Shown here one piece after another: positions 19,901 through 28,312 of a DNA stretch of 51,000 bases. Within the stretch, counting starts at the first letter, position 1. Each line of letters opens with the position of its first letter. Origin of the DNA: Prevotella sp. (GTDB taxonomy: Bacteria > Bacteroidota > Bacteroidia > Bacteroidales > Bacteroidaceae); contig JALFNY010000012.1 in the NCBI GenBank assembly GCA_022774105.1, positions 1-51,000 of the forward strand. Direction: 5' to 3'. Position numbers and translations under genes: made by a program. Under the pieces are notes generated by a model. It was not told the origin of the DNA, did not search any database, and was given only the letters and a program-made list of their open reading frames with translations.

Positions 19901-20030
19901 GGGAGGAGTGATAGAAATAGAATCAGACCCCGGCCGCGGAACAAACATCTACATACAACTGCCGATAGAGAAACTGGAAGAAGAAGGCACCGCCGAGAGC
20001 GAGATACAAGTAAAAAACAACATAATATAA
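16980..20030 (+). CDS. Membrane sensor with periplasmic substrate-binding (family 3-like) domain, PAS-like domains and a degenerate histidine-kinase module (probable pseudokinase)
   Basis: Signal peptide; WPYAFLGDNGEPKGLNVDL binding-domain motif; one TM helix; H-box reads FLKNTSFSMRQPL (no His); G1 VEDTGQGIP retained; N and G2 boxes degenerate. Confidence 0.8.
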   Translation: MKRRIYILLMLCCQMLLAAAAPTAVQEEHRQQTPHGASLLAYAGADVRGEADSHLSVATLLASAARTGEQGEQYDAAHPLIYEDAWEKWPYAFLGDNGEPKGLNVDLVKIVMQRLHIPYEIRLRSQQEAHDDLRTDSADLSFGVAADYNAPYGHFGKFTVCHYTYSMLVPRADSTGLITIADLRKYRNIVLSEGSRPWHYLQEKGIPEIQFTSVTDMEEEILHEASTGKSGALWNTMMMKWVINKYHLNDRYVAVPVDIPYGEYRFMSVDTVLLARIDSVCHVIQQEGEIDKLLTKWLYPEEKPNRDIYLTIILTLFGCLLLALVVSQAMRHYRRYYSRNSLMDVRTQMELILHSNKMKVWVYFPQTRRYAWMTSDGIVNEDYSSFEFSRFYYENDFNIIHAHVMEFLSQDMEPVTETLRCYSLTEPDKLIDVEVKIRELRDEYGKIYLVFGIQHDITDSKARLMRMKQLHQRYRTALYMMQGTMFRFDSERRLVGVNEVARIRLGIDDAERFIAEGHTLDEVDLLEDIDIDNCPDDLRFTTKITNKDLYSVPFARSRYVRPQSHAMTGYIREEDRGRDNQTMYQEGYYYVHFEKSRDKAGKVISYMVFVHNQTDHIHRQLRLSALRQRMEMMKESRDNLHTLRDRTLAITDIWMMRYHPDTKELLIYSRDTSRLPRLSQLSLIELADSTDIKKAFRVFHKLDRLYHGEIDVDIKTRLRNQQGEQRYFNFHLHPYYGKDGLVKGYFGNCRDITTLHHARLRLEEATAKAHEAEMLQGEFLKNTSFSMRQPLISISQHIRRMEAAIDEAADRDIVSDITADIQRLVTLSDDTMLLSRIEAGMLKLSNTPMDFCQLFRNTVEEVIDNYRTATVTYNVQDTYGKMMINGDNAVLKRILHEAVGLSARYTKVGTLSARYMYRKGFLTILVEDTGQGIPPSIYNRIYEPHIGEAYTLTDNKQNLSGLEIPICKALVETMGGVIEIESDPGRGTNIYIQLPIEKLEEEGTAESEIQVKNNII

Positions 20031-20083
20031 CCCCACATCACCCCACAAACACCCCAGAACCACAAGGCCAACACAACTAACCA

Positions 20084-22987
20084 ATGACAACAAGCATCAC
20101 CAGAGGCAACATAACCACACAACTGCTCATCACCATACTCTTGGCGATGAGCACGCTCTGTCAGGCCCAGAAGATGAACATCACGGCCCGCAGAGACTCC
20201 GACCCCAATGTCAAGGTGATGGAATACACACAGATACAACGTGACAGCATATACCGCCACGCTGCCCCGCACGGCATAAGATACACCAAGAAACACCCCT
20301 TCATAGTAGTGGCAGACTGGACCTTCCCGCCCTTCTCATACGTCAACGACAGCGGAGAACCAGCCGGTATGATTATAGAAATACTCCGCGAACTCTTCTC
20401 ACACTTCCACATAGCCCACGAAATACGCATGATGGACCGTGCCGAAGCACACCGACAAATAGCCGCAGGGACCGCAAACCTGATGATAGAAGTGGATAAC
20501 CTGCCGCCGATGGCAGGCGTCAGCGTAGGAAAGTCAGTGGTGGCAGGATACAAGGTATCAGTGCTTCGCAGCAAGGAAACAGCCATGATGCGAAGCATTA
20601 TGCTGCTTGGAAAAACAGACACCGTAGCAGTTGACAAAGGCAGTTATACCTATTATTACCTGCGAGACTGCTTCAAGGACGATATACCGTTCACCCTTCT
20701 CAGCGTAGATCACGGCAAAGTAATGAACGACCTCTTGTCAGGCAAGGTAAAATACTTTATCTGGGAAGAAGTGGCACTGCGCCGATTAGTAAAAAGATAC
20801 GGCGTGGCAAACAAGGTAGCAATAGAGTATATCGACGTGCCAGAAGGCAACCTGCGCTTCTTCTGCACCGATTCCATCATACTACACGACCTCGACCGCA
20901 CACTGCAACATATGCAGGAAGCAGGGCAGACAGACGCAATCATGCAGCGATGGACGACAGACAACGTGGAGGAAAAAAGCAACGACGACCTGCACATCAC
21001 CGTCTTTGCCATACTGACAATACTCTTCACCGTAGCCATCATAGCCCTGATACGCACCGCTATGTCAGGAAAACTAAGGTCAGAGTTCCGCACTATCTCA
21101 CAGACCGCCATCGAGATGTCAGACAGTCAGATGCTCGCCATCAACGTAAAACGCCGCTGGGTGTATAACATAGCAGGCAACTTCCTCCCCCCGAAAGGAA
21201 TCTCCATGGGAGATTACCTAAGCCTCATACACCCACATGACACAAACAAAGTCTATGATGCCATCAAAAAAGTAGATGGAGGAGAAAAAGAGATGCCCGT
21301 GGTACACCTGCGAATGCGCCGCTATGACGACCCACAAGAACAGTGGAGGAAAGTGCAGGTACACGCAAACATAAAGACCAGGCACAACAAACCCATATAT
21401 GTCTATCTCACAATAATAGACGATACCGAGCAACAGGAGCAGCGAGAACAACTTGACAGAGCACTGCAAGAGTTCTCAAGTTTCACACAACGCTCTGACT
21501 TCGGCATCGCCAGTTACGACAAAACAGGCCGTCTGATAAACTGCAACCAGACCTTCCTCGACTTCTTCTGCAAGGGCGCACCAGACCGCGGAGAAGAGTT
21601 TGTCCGCACAACAAGGCTCCGCGAACTATGCGTCATGCTCAACGGAATAGTCCTTGAGAAAGAGATGGACGCATGGATCTGCGTCCCTATCGACATCCCC
21701 GCCCTCAATCTGAAAGAGAATGTAGAGATGAGGGTGAGGGCAGTAAGTGACAGCAGCCACAGCCACCACGGCTACGTGCTCACCATCTACGACCAGGAAG
21801 AGGTGTGCAGGCTGCGTAAGGAGATGCAGGACACCAACTACGAACTCGCTGAGACAAAGCGCAAACTGGAGAAATACCAGGCAGAACTACGCTTCATCAC
21901 TCAACATAACAACATGGATATATTCCGCTGGCAGGTAGGAAACGATTACTTTGAAATATCAGGAGACGGCCTGCTGTACAACAGGAAGTTGACTATCGCC
22001 GACTACGTGGCCAGCCTTGCCGGTGACAGCCGTGACAGTTTCATCCGTGCTATGGCATCCCCCGATAAGGAACTTACCCACCCCGTGCGTTACACCCACC
22101 ACCTGCAACGAATAAACAACAAGATGGTTGACAGGTATTTCGAGGTTAACTGCACCCCCTCATACGACAAGCAAGGACGCTTCAACGGTTTCTACGGCAT
22201 ACGATATGACATCACTGACCTTGTGCTCACACAGCGGGAACTAAGCGCGCAGACGGTGAAAGCACAAGAATCAGGACGTCAGAAGGCACAGTTCCTTGCC
22301 AACATGACACACGAACTGCGCACACCGCTGAACGCAATAAACGGCTTTGCAGAGATAATGTCATTCCTTACCACCAGCGAAGAGAAGCGGCAGTATCTGG
22401 GCATCATGTCACATAACTGCACCATGCTAATCAACCTCGTTGACAATATCCTGCAACTCACCAAGATAGACACCGAGGGTATCACCATCCGCAGGGTCGA
22501 GACAGACTTCGCCGCGGCCTTCCGCAGAAAGGCAGAAAGCATGAAGAAGTATATCAACAACCCCGAGGTGCAGTACAGGATAGACACCCCCGTGCGCTCA
22601 CTGATACTAAACATCGACGCAGAGCGAGTGCTGCAAATCTTTGAAGCCTTCTTCACCAACGCCTCAAAGTTCACGCAAAAGGGATTCATCCACGTCGGAT
22701 TCCGCTACTGCGACGGTGTGCTCAGCCTCTATTGTCGTGACACCGGCTGCGGAATACCACAGGAAAAGCAGACAGAGATATTCGAACGCTTCGTCAAACT
22801 CGACGAGTTCATGCAGGGAACAGGTCTCGGTCTCGCACTCTGCAAGACCATAGCCGACCGTATGGGAGCCACCATCGACCTCTATTCACGTGAGGGAGAA
22901 GGCACGGTAATATCCCTCAGCCTGGATACAAACGCACAGCCCGGAACGCCAGACATGCAGTTCTTCCCACCGAAGCAACACCAGTAG
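20084..22987 (+). CDS. Sensor histidine kinase with periplasmic substrate-binding domain and PAS-like domains
   Basis: FPPFSYVNDSGEPAGMIIE; TM helix; FLANMTHELRTPLNAI H-box, NASKFT, DTGCGIP, IFERF, GTGLGL; no receiver domain. Confidence 0.9.
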   Translation: MTTSITRGNITTQLLITILLAMSTLCQAQKMNITARRDSDPNVKVMEYTQIQRDSIYRHAAPHGIRYTKKHPFIVVADWTFPPFSYVNDSGEPAGMIIEILRELFSHFHIAHEIRMMDRAEAHRQIAAGTANLMIEVDNLPPMAGVSVGKSVVAGYKVSVLRSKETAMMRSIMLLGKTDTVAVDKGSYTYYYLRDCFKDDIPFTLLSVDHGKVMNDLLSGKVKYFIWEEVALRRLVKRYGVANKVAIEYIDVPEGNLRFFCTDSIILHDLDRTLQHMQEAGQTDAIMQRWTTDNVEEKSNDDLHITVFAILTILFTVAIIALIRTAMSGKLRSEFRTISQTAIEMSDSQMLAINVKRRWVYNIAGNFLPPKGISMGDYLSLIHPHDTNKVYDAIKKVDGGEKEMPVVHLRMRRYDDPQEQWRKVQVHANIKTRHNKPIYVYLTIIDDTEQQEQREQLDRALQEFSSFTQRSDFGIASYDKTGRLINCNQTFLDFFCKGAPDRGEEFVRTTRLRELCVMLNGIVLEKEMDAWICVPIDIPALNLKENVEMRVRAVSDSSHSHHGYVLTIYDQEEVCRLRKEMQDTNYELAETKRKLEKYQAELRFITQHNNMDIFRWQVGNDYFEISGDGLLYNRKLTIADYVASLAGDSRDSFIRAMASPDKELTHPVRYTHHLQRINNKMVDRYFEVNCTPSYDKQGRFNGFYGIRYDITDLVLTQRELSAQTVKAQESGRQKAQFLANMTHELRTPLNAINGFAEIMSFLTTSEEKRQYLGIMSHNCTMLINLVDNILQLTKIDTEGITIRRVETDFAAAFRRKAESMKKYINNPEVQYRIDTPVRSLILNIDAERVLQIFEAFFTNASKFTQKGFIHVGFRYCDGVLSLYCRDTGCGIPQEKQTEIFERFVKLDEFMQGTGLGLALCKTIADRMGATIDLYSREGEGTVISLSLDTNAQPGTPDMQFFPPKQHQ

Positions 22988-23052
22988 GGCGCGTCCCCAC
23001 TGCCCGGCAGAAGACAAATAACAGTAACAAAAGAATAAAGAACAAAGAAAAC

Positions 23053-23511
23053 ATGCTGACAATCACATCTTACGAAGACTTCGCACAGTACGAAGGCAAG
23101 GAACTCGGCACGTCCGACTACATTCAACTGACACAAGAACGCATCAACCTCTTCGCCGATGCCACGCTCGATCACCAGTGGATTCACGTAGATACAGAGA
23201 AGGCAAAGACCGAGAGCCAGTTCGGAACAACCATCGCCCACGGCTACCTCACGCTGTCGGTGCTGCCATATCTCTGGGCGCAGATAGTGGATGTAAAGAA
23301 CGTCAAGATGCTCGTCAACTACGGAATAGACAAGATGAAGTTCGGGCAGCCGGTGCTGTCAGGGCAGAGTCTGTCGCTCACCACCTCCCTACACAGCATT
23401 GTCAACCTCCGCGGAGCAGTCAAGACAGAGGTCAAGTTCACCATGAACGTCAAGGAAACAGGTAAGAAAGCCATTGAGGGCATAGCCATATTCATCTATT
23501 ACTTCAACTGA
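23053..23511 (+). CDS. MaoC-family (hotdog-fold) dehydratase
   Basis: FADATLDHQWIHVD and TIAHGYLTLS motifs; 152 aa. Confidence 0.9.
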   Translation: MLTITSYEDFAQYEGKELGTSDYIQLTQERINLFADATLDHQWIHVDTEKAKTESQFGTTIAHGYLTLSVLPYLWAQIVDVKNVKMLVNYGIDKMKFGQPVLSGQSLSLTTSLHSIVNLRGAVKTEVKFTMNVKETGKKAIEGIAIFIYYFN

Positions 23512-23702
23512 GGTAGGTTTTAGGTAGGAGGTTGTAGGTTGTGAGAATATTATGATGTAGGTAATAGGTTATAGGTCTTTCTGATAGAGAAGGACGCCCT
23601 TCACCCCACAACCTATAACCATCACCCCACAGCCGCAAAACAAGTCCCTCCCGACCTTAGGCCCGAAAGCCCCACTACCCACACCCCACAACCCCAATCC
23701 CC
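23512..23702. repeat. Inverted 7-bp tandem-repeat arms with no enclosed gene
   Basis: GGT at 23516, 23523, 23530, 23537, 23560, 23567, 23574; small central hairpin 23575-23595; then ACC-type units from 23602; TAGGTTATAGGTC is identical to 15232-15244. Confidence 0.8.
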
Positions 23703-23705
23703 CAT

Positions 23706-24749
23706 ATGCTCAGGACCCTTTTCACCATCATTTCCTTTGCCCTCACGCTATCGGCGGTAGCGGAAGGGCAGCCCGTTCTACCCGGTTTCCATGCTGACCC
23801 GGAGGTGCTTTACTCTCAAAAGACGGGCCAGTATTACATCTATTCCACCACCGACGGTGTGCCGGGGTGGGGAGGACACTATTTCACCGTGTTCTCATCA
23901 CGTGACCTTCGCAACTGGCGAGATGAGGGAGTGATGCTCGACGTGCGGTCGGGGCAGGTGCCGTGGGCAACGGGAAATGCGTGGGCACCGTGTATCATAG
24001 AGCGCAAACAGGCTGACGGGACATACCGATACTATTTCTATTTCTCTGCCCATAACCCCCTGTCACGGCGTAAGGAGATAGGCGTTGCCGTCAGTGACAG
24101 TCCCACAGGCCCTTTCAAGGAGGCTGGGGCACCCATCGTGACAGACGCTGACAGACCCAAGACACGTAAGGGCGGACAGGCGATAGACGTTGATGTGTTT
24201 CAGGACCCGCAGTCAGGGAAATACTACCTCTATTGGGGTAACGGCTTTGCAGCGGGTGCGGAACTCAGCGATGACATGCTTTCCATAAAGCGGGAAACCA
24301 TTGTTGACCTCACGCCGAAGGGCGGAACGCTCCAGACATGGGCCTACCGTGAAGGCACATACATATTCTATCGTAAGGGGAAATACTACATGCACTGGTC
24401 TGTTGACGACACGGGCTCGCCCAATTACCACGTCTGTTACGCCACCGCCAGCAGTCCCCTCGGCCCTTATACCATAGACCCTGACCACTACCGTGTCATC
24501 AGTCAGCGACCAGAGGAGGGCATCTACGGCACCGCCCACAACAGCGTCTTGCAGATACCGGGCAAGGATCAGTGGTACATAGTATATCACCGCATCAACA
24601 AGGCCTACCTCAACGACCGCCAGAAGGGTGGCCCCGGCGTTCACAGGGAGGTGTGTATAGACCGTATGAAGTTTGACAAACGCGGCAATATCATACCCGT
24701 AACACCTACAAACACGGGCATCACACCTGTAAAACCTACCAAGAAGTAG
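23706..24749 (+). CDS. Glycoside hydrolase family 43 (five-bladed beta-propeller), exported
   Basis: Signal peptide; HADP (base), WAP, AIDV (pKa modulator), YREG (acid), GTAHNS motifs. Confidence 0.88.
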   Translation: MLRTLFTIISFALTLSAVAEGQPVLPGFHADPEVLYSQKTGQYYIYSTTDGVPGWGGHYFTVFSSRDLRNWRDEGVMLDVRSGQVPWATGNAWAPCIIERKQADGTYRYYFYFSAHNPLSRRKEIGVAVSDSPTGPFKEAGAPIVTDADRPKTRKGGQAIDVDVFQDPQSGKYYLYWGNGFAAGAELSDDMLSIKRETIVDLTPKGGTLQTWAYREGTYIFYRKGKYYMHWSVDDTGSPNYHVCYATASSPLGPYTIDPDHYRVISQRPEEGIYGTAHNSVLQIPGKDQWYIVYHRINKAYLNDRQKGGPGVHREVCIDRMKFDKRGNIIPVTPTNTGITPVKPTKK

Positions 24750-24823
24750 GTATTTACATCACTTTTTGCGTTGGGAAAGCAAAATAACCCTGCAAAAAGA
24801 TAGCGTAGATGAAAGAAAAACAT

Positions 24824-24831
24824 TAACTTTG
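24824..24831 (+). promoter_or_regulatory. -7 promoter element for feoAB
   Basis: TAACTTTG 66 nt upstream of the ATG. Confidence 0.55.
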
Positions 24832-24878
24832 CATCTGTGGCCACCGCAGCAAGGCGGTGGGCTACGGATGCTTTTTTT
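24831..24878 (+). terminator. Intrinsic terminator-like hairpin in front of feoAB
   Basis: GCATCTGTGG-CCACCGC-loop-GCGGTGG-GCTACGGATGC (with G.U pairs) followed by T7. Confidence 0.65.
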
Positions 24879-24897
24879 GTAAACATACATCACAGCC

Positions 24898-27258
24898 ATG
24901 ACACTCAACGAACTACACATACACCACTCGGCACGCATCGAAGGCGTGGGCGGCGAGGGCACCCTGCGCCAGCATTTCCTTGACATGGGCCTGATACCCG
25001 GTGCCATCATCACCCTTCGCAAGTACGCCCCGATGGGTGACCCCATGCAACTGGAGGTACACGGTTATGAACTAACGCTGCGAAAGGCCGACGCCGCACG
25101 TATCACCATACTCCCCCTCACCGCTCAGGAGACGGCAGACCGTCAGGCAGAAGAGGCAGCAGAACAGTTGCACATACCCTCAGACCACCCCGGACTGGGT
25201 GAGGGCGGACGATACCATGACGCCACACACGAGAGTCCGTTGCCACCAGAGACAAGGCTCACATTCGCCCTTGCAGGCAACCAGAACTGCGGAAAGACAA
25301 CGCTGTTCAACCAACTGACGGGTGCTAACCAGCACGTTGGCAACTTCCCCGGCGTCACCGTGGACCGTAAAAGCGGCACGATACGCGGCACCCGCAACAC
25401 GGAGGTGACGGACCTGCCGGGCATTTACAGCCTCTCACCGTACACCAGCGAGGAGACGGTGAGCCGGGATTTCATCCTCAACGAGCGTCCCCACGGCATT
25501 ATCAACATTGTAGATGCCACGAACATAGAGCGTAACCTCTACCTCACCATGCAACTCATGGAACTCGATGTGCCGATGGTTGTGGCACTGAACATGATGG
25601 ACGAGATGGAGGGGAACGGCGGACACATACGCATCAACGACATGGAACGCCTGCTGGGACTGCCCGTGGTGCCTATCTCAGCCGTCAAGAACCAGGGTGT
25701 TGACGAACTCGTAAGGCACTGTCTGCACGTAGCCAAATATCAGGAGCGGCCAGCACGGCAGGACTTCTGCTCGCCGCAGGACCACGGCGGAGCCGTACAC
25801 CGCTGCCTGCACGCCATAATGCACCTTGTAGAAGACCACGCACAACGCTCGCAAATACCCCTGCGCTTCGCAGCAGCAAAACTCGTTGAGGGCGACACCA
25901 GCATCATAACAGCCCTGCAACTGACGCAGAACGAACAGGAGACAGTAGAACACATCATACGCCAGATGGAAGAAGAGCGCGGCCTGGACCGCTCAGCAGC
26001 GATGGCAGAGATGCGCTATGCCTTCATAAGCCAACTCTGTGCCGCCACCGTCAAGCGTCCGAGAGAGAGCAAGGAGCATCGCCGCTCACGACGCATGGAC
26101 AAGGTTCTCACGGGGCACTGGACCGCAATACCCACCTTCCTCGCCATCATGGCCCTGACATTCTGGCTCACCTTCGACGTCATAGGAGGCACGGCACAAG
26201 AGTGGTTGCAGGAGGCAATAGACCGTTTCACGGCACTCAGCGACACCACCATGCGCTCATGGCAGGTCAACGACGCCGTGCGCTCGCTGATAATAGACGG
26301 CATCTACGCCGGCGTAGGCACCGTAGCCAGTTTCGTGCCCATCATCGTCACACTATTCTTCTTCCTCTCCATGCTCGAAGACTCAGGCTACATGGCCCGC
26401 ATAGCCTTTGTCATGGACAAACTGCTACGTAAAATCGGCCTCTCAGGACGCTCCATAGTACCGCTGCTGATAGGCTTCGGCTGCTCCGTACCCAGCGTCA
26501 TGGCCAGCCGCACACTGCCCTCAGCACGTGACCGCCGACTGACGGTGATGCTCACACCATTCATGTCATGCACCGCAAAATTGCCCGTCTATGCCTTCTT
26601 CTGCGCTGCCTTCTTCCCGCAAAACGCCGCGTGGGTGATGTGCACAATGTACCTGCTCGGCATCATCACGGGCATCATCACAGCCATAGTGCTGAAAAAC
26701 ACCACCTTCAAGGGCGAGGCAGTACCCTTCGTAATGGAACTGCCCAACTACCGCCTGCCAGGCCTTCGCACCACCATGATGCTGCTGTGGGACAAGGCAC
26801 GCGACTTCCTGCAACGAGCCTTCACCGTCATCTTCATGGCAACAATAGCAATATGGTTCCTGCAATCATTCTCCTTCCACCTCTCAATAGTACAAGACCC
26901 GGCAGAATCAATGCTCGGACAGACAGCCTCGCTGCTCTCACCACTCTTCCAGCCCATCGGCTTCGGCGACTGGCGCATAGCCACCTCACTCGTAGGCGGA
27001 TTCCTCGCCAAAGAGAGCGTGGTGTCAACACTGACGGTGCTCATAGGCGAAGGCGTGGCACTGAACACCATACTGACCACCCCGGCAGCACTCTCGCTGA
27101 TGGTCTTCTGCCTGCTATACACCCCCTGCGTGGCCGCCATAGCCGCCATACGCCGCGAACTCGGACTGCGTGACGCCGTCACAATAGTCATAGGGCAGTG
27201 CCTCATAGCATACCTCGCTGCCTTCGTAACATACCACGTCGCCGTAGCCATCAGTTGA
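24898..27258 (+). CDS. feoB: Ferrous iron transporter, FeoA-FeoB fusion
   Basis: N-terminal FeoA-like domain (FLDMGLIPG..APMGDP), GNQNCGKT, GNFPGVTV, DLPGIYSL, NMMD, membrane domain with GFGCSVP and LYTPCVAA. Confidence 0.96.
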   Translation: MTLNELHIHHSARIEGVGGEGTLRQHFLDMGLIPGAIITLRKYAPMGDPMQLEVHGYELTLRKADAARITILPLTAQETADRQAEEAAEQLHIPSDHPGLGEGGRYHDATHESPLPPETRLTFALAGNQNCGKTTLFNQLTGANQHVGNFPGVTVDRKSGTIRGTRNTEVTDLPGIYSLSPYTSEETVSRDFILNERPHGIINIVDATNIERNLYLTMQLMELDVPMVVALNMMDEMEGNGGHIRINDMERLLGLPVVPISAVKNQGVDELVRHCLHVAKYQERPARQDFCSPQDHGGAVHRCLHAIMHLVEDHAQRSQIPLRFAAAKLVEGDTSIITALQLTQNEQETVEHIIRQMEEERGLDRSAAMAEMRYAFISQLCAATVKRPRESKEHRRSRRMDKVLTGHWTAIPTFLAIMALTFWLTFDVIGGTAQEWLQEAIDRFTALSDTTMRSWQVNDAVRSLIIDGIYAGVGTVASFVPIIVTLFFFLSMLEDSGYMARIAFVMDKLLRKIGLSGRSIVPLLIGFGCSVPSVMASRTLPSARDRRLTVMLTPFMSCTAKLPVYAFFCAAFFPQNAAWVMCTMYLLGIITGIITAIVLKNTTFKGEAVPFVMELPNYRLPGLRTTMMLLWDKARDFLQRAFTVIFMATIAIWFLQSFSFHLSIVQDPAESMLGQTASLLSPLFQPIGFGDWRIATSLVGGFLAKESVVSTLTVLIGEGVALNTILTTPAALSLMVFCLLYTPCVAAIAAIRRELGLRDAVTIVIGQCLIAYLAAFVTYHVAVAIS

Positions 27259-27271
27259 TGGCGCCACGCCG

Positions 27272-27360
27272 CACCACGCTATCAGCACCCTTTCACCACG
27301 CCATCAGCAACAGATTACCACGCTATCAGCACCCTATCACCACACTATCAGCACCAGATA
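27272..27360 (+). repeat. 22-bp tandem array (4 units)
   Basis: ATCAGCA(C/A)C with AGCA at 27284, 27306, 27328, 27350; unit about CACCACGCTATCAGCACCCTTT. Confidence 0.9.
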
Positions 27361-27406
27361 ACAATCCCACATCCTGCGGAAGAAGCACACAACACCCAAG
27401 AAGCCT

Positions 27407-27541
27407 ATGAACACCATCTCCATCATACTCCTTATCCTCGTGGCAGTAGCCGTCATCGCTGCCGCACGCACCCTGCGACGCAGCAAGCCCAAGCACACCA
27501 ACTGCAAAGGCTGTGACGGTTGCAGAGGTTGCCATAGATAA
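27407..27541 (+). CDS. FeoB-associated Cys-rich membrane protein (44 aa; below the ORF-track cutoff)
   Basis: MNTISIILLILVAVAVIAAARTLRRSKPKHTNCKGCDGCRGCHR*: TM helix, basic patch and CxxCxxCxxC, directly after feoB. Confidence 0.8.
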   Translation: MNTISIILLILVAVAVIAAARTLRRSKPKHTNCKGCDGCRGCHR

Positions 27542-27824
27542 GACCGCCAGGCAGAAGTGAGACGTCAGACGTGAGTTATGAGCACATAAAAAGTTGCAGG
27601 CACACCAATGACAGATTAGAAAAGAAAAGCCCCCAAAAAAGCGGAAAGGAGCAGAAATCCACTTACAAGACGGTAATATAACTATCGGCGGTCAAATGAA
27701 CGATTTGGGTTCAATGGTGTAAAAAAATGTCATCTACACCCTAAAAAAAACGCAAAAAGGAGCAATTTCTAACAGATTAACACACTTTAACGTTAATCTA
27801 AACAACTTTTTTTATAAAAATATT

Positions 27825-27832
27825 TAACTTTG
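27825..27832 (+). promoter_or_regulatory. -7 promoter element upstream of the susC stub and SusC/D module
   Basis: TAACTTTG in an AT-rich tract; AGATTAAC/GTTAATCT inverted repeat just upstream (27774-27799). Confidence 0.6.
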
Positions 27833-28078
27833 TGGCGCAAACCGTACGGAAAACGATAAGCAAAGCATGCAGCAATTTCGTTGCCCGTGCGCTAAGACAG
27901 GGAGGAAATCCAGCACCCACCTTAAAGGTTATTATGGAAGACTTCAGTATGCCTCCCCGTTTAAGTTTGTGTCACTAACCAGTACTACACAAACACCGTG
28001 AGAGCACGCTCTAACTAACTAAGCCAAGAAACCAACATCAAACAATTAACCATAAACATTAATCTAAAACATTATTCT

Positions 28079-28312
28079 ATGTCTGAAAAAATCAAGAACG
28101 TACGCTTTGCGCTCGTGGCCATGCTGCTATTCTTTTGTGCGGCAGTCGAGGCGCAGACAGTGAAGGGTAACGTTAAGGACAGTATGGGTGAGCCTGTAAT
28201 GGGTGCCACCGTAATGGAGAAGGGCACGAAGAACGGTGTAGTAACCGACTTCGATGGCAACTTCACCATCAAGATGCAGTCCACGTCCCATGACTTGCAG
28301 ATTTCATACTGA
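28079..28312 (+). pseudogene. 5' stub of a SusC/RagA TonB-dependent transporter (signal peptide plus most of the carboxypeptidase-regulatory-like N-terminal domain)
   Basis: AQTVKGNVKDSMGEPVMGATVMEKGTKNGVVTDFDGNFTI...LQISY then TGA, where full-length SusC proteins continue ISY(I/V)G; no remainder recognised downstream. Confidence 0.85.
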
